Shown here: positions 1-8,197 of the stretch, one piece after another
Numbering within the stretch: the first letter of the stretch is position 1
How the letters are laid out: each line of letters opens with the position of its first letter
From: a virus
Taxonomy: Duplodnaviria; Caudoviricetes
Direction: 5' to 3' (one strand)
Length of the DNA: 55,830 bases
Virus record (IMG/VR): IMGVR_UViG_3300030102_001765
Location: 1 to 55,830 of that record
Program-made: the position numbers and the translations under genes
The notes under the pieces: model-generated
What the model saw: the letters and a program-made list of their open reading frames with translations, nothing else
What the model was told of the DNA's origin: nothing
The model's database searches: none

Positions 1-100
1 TTGAATCGGTCAAGCAATGCCATGCTCTGTGGTCTTGCACCTTGGTACATGCCGAACTCGTCGCCTTGACCAACTGTGTTGCCAGTCGCAAACATACGGA
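1..100. repeat. Terminal direct repeat, copy 1 (circular assembly overlap)
   Basis: 1-98 identical to 55731-55828, one mismatch in the last 2 nt; lies inside an ORF that reads through the junction. Confidence 0.95.
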
Positions 101-1502
101 ACATTGCATGTGGCTTGACAAGACGACCACCATCCTCGGTAAGCAACAAGCCGTTGCCCTCGAAGGCTCTCTGCATCACGTAGGCAATGTCAGGTCTGAT
201 GAAGTCCAACTCGTCAAAGCAACCAATCGTAGGACTTGCCATCATCTGTGGCAGTATGCCGTCCACGAACTTGGAAATCGTAGCCTCGCCGTCCTTGGTC
301 AAGACGTCACGACCAACCAAGTCCATACGTGTAATCTCACTGTCGAAGTTGACACGTGCAAAGGGCCAACGCAGACGAGCAGCCACTTGCTCGATAAGTG
401 TCGTCTTGCCCGAACCAGTGTGACCATGCAAGTAGCAAGGCTGATTGGTAATCAAAGCATACAGAACTCTGAACAAACTCATTGGTCTGAACACGTAGTT
501 GGTGTCAATCTCTGGCACGTGAGGATGGTCGCCATCCCATTCCCAACACGGAACGTCAAAGTCGAAACTGTCGAGCCCCTTGCCAGTGATACCGAACAAC
601 GCATGAGCCTTGGCAACCTTGACCTTGCCACTCGGAATCGTGCCGTCGCCTTTGACCTCGGAAGTCGTAGGGGCAACAATCGTGGCTGATGACTTGCGAA
701 GACGAACAATGTCGTCACTCATCTTCTGCATGGTGTCAATCATGTCCGAAATCTTGGGCAAGCCGTTGGATGTCAACGCAAGGTCAATCAACGCAGACGC
801 ATCAGCGTTCGGTGCTTTCGGTATCGGCACGGCACTGTCCTCGTCTTTCTTTTGCGTGGCAAGGATGTGCTTGGTCAAAGCATTGCTTTTGCTCGTGTGG
901 TCTGGTTCGGGTACGTCTGTGCGACTCTCAAGCAAGCTTGGCATTGGCTTGAGCCTCTCGGTGTCGCCGAAGATGTTGTGCAAGGCTTGCATTGCATCCT
1001 CGCTTGTCCATCCCTCATTCACGACCAAGTCGTCGTGTACGTTGCACAGTTCTTCGAGTCCATAGTCCTCGACGTTAGTGGATACTTCACTCATGGGTTC
1101 CTCCTCGGTTGTTGTAGTGAAAGCAGATAGTCGGCACTCTTCGTACGCCTTGTCGTCAAACGTACGTGGTCGTCCGAATATGTAGCCAGTTTTGGATTTG
1201 CTACTCGTGGTAGCGTAGCCCTCGTGGTGTGGATTACGGATAGCATCAAGCACTTGGCTTGGTTCTACCTTGCCGACAATGATGCCGACCATTGTCTCGA
1301 CGTCTAGGCTGTCACGTAAGCCAGTGTAGGTTGCTCGTGGATTGATTTGCTCAACGCCGTCGCCCACGATTGGGCTATCGTCGAAAGCAACTTGGATTGC
1401 CCCTTTCGACCATGTTTCGAGAAATGGTGTGACCAAGTCACGAACCATTTTTCGTCTTTCCGTGAAGTCTCCCTCACGAAGAGCGTCTTGAAGTGTCGTC
1501 AT
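1..1502 (-). CDS. CobS/MoxR-like AAA+ ATPase, 5' part (continues across the origin into 55730..55400; ~610 aa in total)
   Basis: Missing from the ORF track because it spans the window end. Manual translation from ATG 1502 (RBS GAGGT) is open to base 1 and contains VPEIDTNYVF, Walker A GHTGSGKTT, RVNFDSEITRMDLVG, Walker B CFDELD and FATGN. Confidence 0.9.
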   Translation of the reverse strand, partial: MTTLQDALREGDFTERRKMVRDLVTPFLETWSKGAIQVAFDDSPIVGDGVEQINPRATYTGLRDSLDVETMVGIIVGKVEPSQVLDAIRNPHHEGYATTSSKSKTGYIFGRPRTFDDKAYEECRLSAFTTTTEEEPMSEVSTNVEDYGLEELCNVHDDLVVNEGWTSEDAMQALHNIFGDTERLKPMPSLLESRTDVPEPDHTSKSNALTKHILATQKKDEDSAVPIPKAPNADASALIDLALTSNGLPKISDMIDTMQKMSDDIVRLRKSSATIVAPTTSEVKGDGTIPSGKVKVAKAHALFGITGKGLDSFDFDVPCWEWDGDHPHVPEIDTNYVFRPMSLFRVLYALITNQPCYLHGHTGSGKTTLIEQVAARLRWPFARVNFDSEITRMDLVGRDVLTKDGEATISKFVDGILPQMMASPTIGCFDELDFIRPDIAYVMQRAFEGNGLLLTEDGGRLVKPHAMFRMFATGNTVGQGDEFGMYQGARPQSMALLDRF

Positions 1503-1623
1503 ATTTACCTCGTGTAATGTTAAAGTTGAAAGTAAAACGAGAGACAAACTCCGAAGAATTTGCCCCTCGATATAAAAGTTCCTTTATAAACGCACGTCGT
1601 GTATAGAGTTTCGTCATGTCACA

Positions 1624-1652
1624 TGTATAACACGTTAGACAACAACTGACAA
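1624..1652 (-). promoter_or_regulatory. Sigma70-like early promoter
   Basis: Minus strand TTGTCA-17 nt-TATACA with extended TG, upstream of the cobS-like gene. Confidence 0.55.
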
Positions 1653-1658
1653 CTCCCT

Positions 1659-2318
1659 TCATGCCTTTAACCATTCGAGCATGGTTTTTCGTGAACTTAT
1701 CTCGTTCTCGTTGAACTTAACGCACCCCCACTCGCCGTGCTTTTTCTCGATTTTGCCGTCTTCGTCGAGTAGGTTTCCGTCTTCGTCTATGCGTTCGTCG
1801 TCTAGCATGCTTTGGAACAGATAATCGCCGACTTGCTCCAATGCCCACTCTGGCATTGTTCCGTCCTCGAACGATTCTTGCATGCCGATACATGTGTCTT
1901 CGCCGTCTTCGTAGTAGCCAACGAAGTCACAACCTCCCTCTTCGTATTCGGCTGAGACTTTCCAACCGAGTTCATGTGCCTTGTTGTACACACCGATTGG
2001 TGGGCTCCACGCAGAATCGAAGTTGAATTGGACGCCGTTCTCGTCTGCGTTCTCTTCCCAATCGTAATCTTCGAGGTTGATTTCCCACTTCGTACCCCAG
2101 TTCTGCACTCGCCAATCCCACCAAGCTTGCGATACCTCCACTGGCTTTGTGCCACTGATTTCAGGGAACGTTGGCTTGACCTCGATTGTGCCGTCGTAGT
2201 TGGGTTCGGGCAGAAAATGTGCGAGGAAGTTACCCTTTCGCATGTCCTCGACTAACGCCTTGACTTTCGACTTGTCGTCGTGGGTAAGGCTTACCCAGTT
2301 GCTACACCAGTTTGGCAT
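1659..2318 (-). CDS. YubB/DUF1281 ferredoxin-like domain protein
   Basis: MPNWCSN start, WDWRVQNWGTKW and FDSAWSPP motifs; RBS GGAGG. Confidence 0.8.
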   Translation of the reverse strand: MPNWCSNWVSLTHDDKSKVKALVEDMRKGNFLAHFLPEPNYDGTIEVKPTFPEISGTKPVEVSQAWWDWRVQNWGTKWEINLEDYDWEENADENGVQFNFDSAWSPPIGVYNKAHELGWKVSAEYEEGGCDFVGYYEDGEDTCIGMQESFEDGTMPEWALEQVGDYLFQSMLDDERIDEDGNLLDEDGKIEKKHGEWGCVKFNENEISSRKTMLEWLKA

Positions 2319-2327
2319 GTTGACCTC

Positions 2328-2474
2328 CTATCTGTCGTTGCCGTTCATTCGTCTGCACTCGTCCTCCACACGTGACTTCACACGTGAGTAGTAGACGCAT
2401 TGTCCAGACCTCGCATGGTAGACGCCCCATCCTCTCGGATGAGACGCCACGTAGTAGTCGTCGCCCCACATCAT
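2328..2474 (-). CDS. Hypothetical protein (48 aa)
   Basis: ATG overlaps the upstream stop (ATGA); fills the operon gap. Confidence 0.55.
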   Translation of the reverse strand: MMWGDDYYVASHPRGWGVYHARSGQCVYYSRVKSRVEDECRRMNGNDR

Positions 2475-2749
2475 TTCCACGTGCCTGACTTGGGTTCGTA
2501 TGGGATGAAGACACACTCGCCATTCTTCCACGTGCCATCAGGGTAGTAGATGACCTCGCCACAACCACTGAACCACTCGATTATCACGAGCATGAACAGT
2601 GCGTAGACGAGCATGAAAGCCGTTAGGTATGCGAGAGCCTTGCCGAAACTACGTAGTAGTCGACCCAGTCTCTTGCGTCGTAGGCGTGTGTTAGTTATCG
2701 ACGTTCGTGGAAGTAACTCGACGAAGTCGTTGTGTCGTTGTTTTCGCAT
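2471..2749 (-). CDS. Hypothetical membrane protein
   Basis: RBS GGAGG, basic N-terminus, one long hydrophobic segment. Confidence 0.7.
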   Translation of the reverse strand: MRKQRHNDFVELLPRTSITNTRLRRKRLGRLLRSFGKALAYLTAFMLVYALFMLVIIEWFSGCGEVIYYPDGTWKNGECVFIPYEPKSGTWK

Positions 2750-2784
2750 GGTATCCTCCGTATGCGTTGATGAAAAAAAAGACC

Positions 2785-2822
2785 AAAAAAAAACCCCACA
2801 CCCGTGAGGGTGTGAGGTTTTT
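2785..2822 (-). terminator. Rho-independent terminator
   Basis: CACACCC-GTGA-GGGTGTG hairpin followed by a long U tract on the minus strand, just after the 2830 stop. Confidence 0.85.
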
Positions 2823-2829
2823 GATTCGC

Positions 2830-3234
2830 TTACTTGCGTAATTGCACAAGTGCGTTAAGAAAGCTTGCAAAAGCTTTCTCGTCCATGCCGTTCACTTGCG
2901 AAGCAAGGTCGGACAGTACATTCGGCTGTGAAGCCTTCGGCTTTGCCTTGGCTTTCGCTTTCGGCTTTGCCGTCGTCTTCGGCTTGGCTGGGGTTGCTTT
3001 AGCAACCTTCGCCCACGCAACCCTTGCCTCGTCGCCAGTCGCAGCGTATGCGTTGATGCGAGCAGTGTCGTTGCCCTTTAGGGCTTTGAGCAAGTTGCCC
3101 CAACGCTTACGCTTGGAAGACTTCGTCTTCGTTTCCACGTAAGCCACGAGTTCAGCTTTCACCTTCTGCGACTTTGTCGTGGAAAACTGCTTCGCAACTT
3201 CGGTAGCTGATGGGTTTGTGTTTGCATGTGTCAT
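2830..3234 (-). CDS. Lys/Ala-rich early protein (putative DNA-binding)
   Basis: RBS GAGGAG before ATG 3234; KPKAKAKAKPKA repeat; first gene of the leftward block, with its own terminator. Confidence 0.7.
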   Translation of the reverse strand: MTHANTNPSATEVAKQFSTTKSQKVKAELVAYVETKTKSSKRKRWGNLLKALKGNDTARINAYAATGDEARVAWAKVAKATPAKPKTTAKPKAKAKAKPKASQPNVLSDLASQVNGMDEKAFASFLNALVQLRK

Positions 3235-3346
3235 GTGAGTTCTCCTCGTGCGTTGGTTTGAGCCTCGTGTGTTACGCACAGAACACGTCGAGGTTGAACC
3301 GAGAAAATCGGCTCACCATAAAAGTTCCTTCGGAACCGCACGTGAG

Positions 3347-3377
3347 GGACGACTCGCCGTCTCGTTCCGTCTAAACT
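3347..3377 (+). promoter_or_regulatory. GGACGAC-N18-TAAACT putative late promoter (terminase operon)
   Basis: Matches the recurrent motif with exact 18-nt spacing. Confidence 0.65.
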
Positions 3378-3488
3378 GCTGAAATGATTACACATGCGTT
3401 ATTTTCAGGCATTGTTCAGAGCCTACCGAGGCTAAAATTGAAAATTTTAGCACGCACACGTAGGAAAAACCCCTACATAGGGAGTCAA

Positions 3489-3510
3489 AAACCCTTGTTT
3501 ACAAGGGTTT
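3489..3510. repeat. Perfect inverted repeat AAACCCTTGT-TT-ACAAGGGTTT
   Basis: Directly visible 10-bp arms in the divergent non-coding region. Confidence 0.8.
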
Positions 3511-3640
3511 ACATGCGTTATGTGACTGATTTGTGCCTGAAACACGTGCAAGACGAGGCTAGGGGGAGGGGGGTATCCCGCCCGCTCGTGTGTAACGTAG
3601 ATAGTCACCTCCCCTACCCAACAAATAATCGGAGCAAAAA

Positions 3641-4096
3641 TTGAAAACGTCTGAAAAAAGAAGTACAAAGAAGTGCGAACGGTGCGAAAAGGACTTTTAT
3701 GTAAAGCCTAGCCACATGGATAGGGCGAAATACTGTTCCTGGGAGTGCCGAACAGCCAAAGGAAGCGTAAAAGATATGAAAACAGTCATGGCTACAGTGG
3801 AAAACAAGCCATTAACGCCCCAGCAATCTGCGCAAATACGTAGTAATATAGCGCAATATGTAAAAGACCAGATTGTAATAGCCAATGAAGTGGTGATGCA
3901 CGGCAAAGAATGGACGCCAACACAGGCAAGAGTCTTTGGCATGCTACTAAATAAAGTAGTTCCAGACCTAAACGCTGCATATCACAAGCACGAACACGAG
4001 ATTAAGAACTTAACCGAGATGTCTCGTGCAGAATTAGAGCAGATTGCTTCTGGAACTAAACAAATTGAAGGAGAATACGTAGAAGATGTTAATTAA
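3641..4096 (+). CDS. Putative terminase small subunit with N-terminal Zn-finger
   Basis: CERC/CSWEC motifs; LLNKVVPDL and LTEMSRAELEQ segments typical of TerS-like proteins; upstream of TerL. Confidence 0.6.
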   Translation: MKTSEKRSTKKCERCEKDFYVKPSHMDRAKYCSWECRTAKGSVKDMKTVMATVENKPLTPQQSAQIRSNIAQYVKDQIVIANEVVMHGKEWTPTQARVFGMLLNKVVPDLNAAYHKHEHEIKNLTEMSRAELEQIASGTKQIEGEYVEDVN

Positions 4097-4307
4097 AAAC
4101 CAAAGAAAGGACGCAATTAAGTCCCGAATTACGCTAGAACAATTCGCTATGGCTATGAAACACGCCAATTTAGAGAATGTTCCGCCAGAAAAACGCAAAC
4201 AAGCAGTGCTTGACCACCTATTTACAATAATGTCTGACACAGTTGTGGACTCTGGGCTCAAATACGAAATAAAGTCCAGCCAACTATTAAGGAAACGTCT
4301 TGGCTAA
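4086..4307 (+). CDS. Hypothetical protein
   Basis: RBS AGGAG; overlaps both neighbours. Confidence 0.65.
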   Translation: MLIKNQRKDAIKSRITLEQFAMAMKHANLENVPPEKRKQAVLDHLFTIMSDTVVDSGLKYEIKSSQLLRKRLG

Positions 4308-5919
4308 ACCAACGCAACAGGAAGTTGCGAGATATTTACTGCGATTACGTGACGCCAGCGAATCATTCCGTGGCTTCGTAAAACTTATGCAGCCTGATTG
4401 GGAACTCGCCAGCTTCCAAGAAGAATTGATAGACGTATTAGACAATTTAGAAAAAGGTGAGTTGGGTGCTGACAACCTTCTCATCACAATGCCACCACGT
4501 CACGCAAAATCAACCTTTGGCACAATATACTTCCCATCATATTTCATGGCTCGTAACCCATCTCGTTACGTCATGTCTTGTTCCTACAACTCACAGCTTG
4601 CCACAGACTTTGGTAGACAGATACGTGGGGTGGTAGAGGACAAAGCAATACCTCAAGCCTTCCCTGACTTCAAACTATCACAGGACAGTAGAGCAGCAGA
4701 CGTATGGCGTACCGAAGATAACGGTGCATACTTTGCTGTAGGTATTGGGGGCACGACCTCTGGTCGTCCCGCCAATCTTCTCATAGTGGATGACCCAGTA
4801 AAATCCCGTGAGGACGCCGAGTCTATGACTCAGCGAAACAAGACATGGAACTATTACACATCAGCACTAGCCACACGTCTTCAGCCAGAACAGAATGGCA
4901 CGAGACCAAAACAAATAGTAATCCTAACCCGTTGGCATCCTGACGACCTAGCTGGACGCCTCCAGCAAACAGAAGACTGGGAAGAAGGAAGATGGAAGCA
5001 TGTTAACTTCCAAGCAATTAAAACAGTCCGTAGTGGCAAAATAAGCCGTCGTGAGCTACCAGAAACAGATTCTAGGTACATCGAACCAGGGGAACTAACT
5101 AAACTCGCCCCTGGCAAGCGTACAGTCGATATTCACGAAGAGGAATCTTTGTGGCCTGAACGCTTCTCACTCGAAGACCTTAAGCGACGTGAGCGTCTTA
5201 ATCCTAGAGAGTTCGCATCTCTATACCAACAACGCCCATACATCGAAGGCGGTAACATCATCAAAACAGAATGGTGGCAAAAATATCCCAAAGACCTGTC
5301 ACCAGAAAGTTTTATGACGCTAGTAATCGGTGTTGACACAGCCTTCAAGAAAACAGAAACAGCTGACTACAGTGTAGCTGTGGTAGCTGGCATGGATAAG
5401 AACGGCGACATATACATAGTGGACATTATACGAGGCAAGTACGATTTCCCAGAACTAAAGCAAATGCTAGTCCGTCTAAACACAAAGTGGCGAGGCAAGG
5501 GACTCCGAGCTATGTACATAGAAGACAAGGCGTCAGGACAATCCATACTGCAAGAACTAAAACGTGAAAGCGGTATGTCTGTAATTCCTTACAAGGTAGT
5601 CCATGACAAGGTAGCCAGAGTCAACGCTATACTGCCTTTGATAGAAGGGGGACGAATTTTTATTCCAGAACAGGCAGAATGGTTAGATTCATTTATAGAC
5701 GAAACAGTAACATTCCCTGGAGGAAACCATGATGACCAAGTTGATGCTATGACAATAGCTGTTGATGTTCTGTCAAGAACATCCATTTCGCCCGATGCTT
5801 GGAGCCTACACACAGATGCTTCACAGTCATTGAACAACGCTAACCTAAAAGCTCTTGGAGACTCCCTGACCAGAAAAGTTGATAAAAAAGCACACGAATG
5901 GAAAGGTTGGGGTCTTTAA
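4300..5919 (+). CDS. terL: Terminase large subunit
   Basis: Walker A-like MPPRHAKST, Walker B LIVDDP, TRWHPDDLAG, nuclease VDTA and FPGGNHDDQVDA. Confidence 0.96.
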   Translation: MAKPTQQEVARYLLRLRDASESFRGFVKLMQPDWELASFQEELIDVLDNLEKGELGADNLLITMPPRHAKSTFGTIYFPSYFMARNPSRYVMSCSYNSQLATDFGRQIRGVVEDKAIPQAFPDFKLSQDSRAADVWRTEDNGAYFAVGIGGTTSGRPANLLIVDDPVKSREDAESMTQRNKTWNYYTSALATRLQPEQNGTRPKQIVILTRWHPDDLAGRLQQTEDWEEGRWKHVNFQAIKTVRSGKISRRELPETDSRYIEPGELTKLAPGKRTVDIHEEESLWPERFSLEDLKRRERLNPREFASLYQQRPYIEGGNIIKTEWWQKYPKDLSPESFMTLVIGVDTAFKKTETADYSVAVVAGMDKNGDIYIVDIIRGKYDFPELKQMLVRLNTKWRGKGLRAMYIEDKASGQSILQELKRESGMSVIPYKVVHDKVARVNAILPLIEGGRIFIPEQAEWLDSFIDETVTFPGGNHDDQVDAMTIAVDVLSRTSISPDAWSLHTDASQSLNNANLKALGDSLTRKVDKKAHEWKGWGL

Positions 5920-5950
5920 GGACGACCAAGTTAATAACAGAAAGTATAGT
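5920..5950 (+). promoter_or_regulatory. GGACGAC-N18-TATAGT putative late promoter (portal)
   Basis: Recurrent motif, immediately after the terL stop. Confidence 0.75.
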
Positions 5951-5957
5951 TTAGATT

Positions 5958-7919
5958 ATGAGTGTAGGTGGCCCAAAAAGTAGAACGACAATAAATTCTG
6001 GTTCTGGATACAGAAACGCTGAGTATGTATCAGGCCCGAATGAAGGTGTGGTTGTTGACCTTTCTGAATTTGCAGAGGACTTAGTCAACTATCAAGACAT
6101 ATCTCACCGATTGTCAGACGAGCAAGAAAGACGAATCGTAGACTACGTAAAGTCTATGGTCGATATGTCTTACTTTAAAATCAGAAAAAGGTACGACCAT
6201 TGGACGGAAGCAGACCGAGCCCATGATGTTTACGTGCCACCAGATGCTACAGATTTCAGAGAAAAAGCTGTAATCGCCGATACCAGAGCTATCGCCGATA
6301 CGGTTCTCACATACTTGATGGCAGCACTATCAGGCAGAAACCCGATGTTTCAGCTTGAAGGTCTCAACAGAAAGTCCAGACAATCATCTATGATTCTGGA
6401 AAGAGTATTGCATCAACAGATGCGAAGGACGGCTGGTGAAGCACGTCTCGCCCAACTTCTCCTTGATAGCATACGCTACGGGTTCGCTCCTACGAAAATA
6501 GTTTGGGACTCTGGGACAAATCAAAATCGTATGATTAACTTTGACCCAAGGCGCTGCTTCCCAGACCCACGAGTAAACTGGGGTGACTGGGACAACATGC
6601 AGTACATAGTCTTTTCAGACTACGTCAGCTTCAACTCGCTTCTATACAGTGGAATGTATCCGAAGCTAAAGATGTTCCCAGCCCTACGTCACAAGATTTC
6701 ACCACCACGAAACGCTTGGAACGCACACCAGTTTCATAGAGAAGAAGGCAGAGGTCTATCAATAGACCCGTCTGCACCAAACCAAAGAGAAAGATTTGAC
6801 CACGCATACTTCACACTTGGCGACGCACGAGTGGTAGACGAAGCGTGGGTACGTCTATCTGGTCACGAAATCAACATACCTACAATCGACCAGATATTCC
6901 TAGTTATCACAATACTAGACGAGAACGTAGTAATTCGATTCCAGCTCAACCCATACGGCAGACAGATGCCAGCTGTTATCGGTGGTCTATACCAAGACTC
7001 GCACAAGACGTATGGTCAATCACTCTATGACCTTATCTTGCCAATGCACGATATAGCTACATACTTGATGCGTTCACGTATCGACAACATTAGTGCAGCA
7101 CTCAACAATCTTATATTCGTTGACCCAACACAGGTAAGTGTTCCTGACCTAATTGACAGGAATCCTTGGGGCGTTGTAAGAACATTGCCAGGGACAAAGC
7201 CTGGGGACGGTGTATTTATTGCACAGGTTCCAGACGTAACCCGTGGTCACTTCAACGACATTGCTGCTATGGCAGAACTCAAACAAAGGGTATCGGCAGC
7301 ATCCGACGCACAACAAGGTATGCCGACATCAGACGGCATCCGAACTGCAACAGAAATACAGCGTCTAACACAACTGGGCTCACAACGTCTTGGTGTGCTA
7401 GCACGTGTAATGTCTGCCACCACCATCCGACCTATGGTACGGATGATGGTTGCTAACATACAAGACAGTCTGTCTATGGAGGGTTCAGTTAAGGTAGACG
7501 AAAGAGAAATGCCAAACCAATTAGCATCTATGGTAGATGACGGCTATCTCGACTTTGATGTGCAGAAAGATTTACAAGGCGATATTGATTACCTTGTGAT
7601 TGATGGCACACTACCACTCGAACCAACACGCAATGCTGAGACATGGATGAACATGCTACAGATTATGGCGCAGACAGGTTTGAACATGGAATACAACGCT
7701 GGTCAGATTGCTGAAGAAGCTATTAGAGCTATGGGCATTACAGATATGGACAGGTTTCGTATCTCGAAAGACCAGATGGCACAAGAAGGCCCAAGCCCAT
7801 CTCAGCAAATGCAGCTTATGGAAAAGATGCGAGGTGCATCAGTACAACCGAATGAGAACGTCCAGCAAGAAGTTCAGAAGGGCAACCTCATTCCACTTAG
7901 AGAGAGGCAAGGACAATGA
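5958..7919 (+). CDS. Portal protein
   Basis: 653 aa directly after TerL; podovirus portal-like motifs (YGQSLYD, QQG..RTATEI), Gln-rich C-terminus. Confidence 0.88.
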   Translation: MSVGGPKSRTTINSGSGYRNAEYVSGPNEGVVVDLSEFAEDLVNYQDISHRLSDEQERRIVDYVKSMVDMSYFKIRKRYDHWTEADRAHDVYVPPDATDFREKAVIADTRAIADTVLTYLMAALSGRNPMFQLEGLNRKSRQSSMILERVLHQQMRRTAGEARLAQLLLDSIRYGFAPTKIVWDSGTNQNRMINFDPRRCFPDPRVNWGDWDNMQYIVFSDYVSFNSLLYSGMYPKLKMFPALRHKISPPRNAWNAHQFHREEGRGLSIDPSAPNQRERFDHAYFTLGDARVVDEAWVRLSGHEINIPTIDQIFLVITILDENVVIRFQLNPYGRQMPAVIGGLYQDSHKTYGQSLYDLILPMHDIATYLMRSRIDNISAALNNLIFVDPTQVSVPDLIDRNPWGVVRTLPGTKPGDGVFIAQVPDVTRGHFNDIAAMAELKQRVSAASDAQQGMPTSDGIRTATEIQRLTQLGSQRLGVLARVMSATTIRPMVRMMVANIQDSLSMEGSVKVDEREMPNQLASMVDDGYLDFDVQKDLQGDIDYLVIDGTLPLEPTRNAETWMNMLQIMAQTGLNMEYNAGQIAEEAIRAMGITDMDRFRISKDQMAQEGPSPSQQMQLMEKMRGASVQPNENVQQEVQKGNLIPLRERQGQ

Positions 7920-8197
7920 GCAAGGTAGAAGCACTCAAAGCCTCCATTGAAGACAAGAAGATAGTCGACTTGATGGAGGAGAACGACAGGCTCTTGGGAT
8001 TAGAGCTTACAGAAATGAACAAGACGAGGACATCTGAATACAAATCAATCAAAGACAAGATGACAGCTATGGAAGAAACCATAGCCAAATTAGAAACAAA
8101 GATTGAGGCACTAGAAGGAGCTGGTCAGGACGACAAGTATAAGATTACTAAAGTAAAACTAATACAGTTGATGAAAGATTTGGGGTATTACAACTAA
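7916..8197 (+). CDS. Coiled-coil hypothetical protein
   Basis: Translationally coupled at both ends; heptad pattern. Confidence 0.7.
   Translation: MSKVEALKASIEDKKIVDLMEENDRLLGLELTEMNKTRTSEYKSIKDKMTAMEETIAKLETKIEALEGAGQDDKYKITKVKLIQLMKDLGYYN

Noticed and set aside
42-1130. Plus-strand ORFs 42..689, 610..1065, 689..952 and 852..1130
   Set aside because: Antisense shadows of the minus-strand AAA ATPase
1169-1175. Minus-strand GGACGAC copies (also ~4763 and ~51249)
   Set aside because: Intragenic and without a convincing -10 hexamer at 18 nt; treated as chance occurrences
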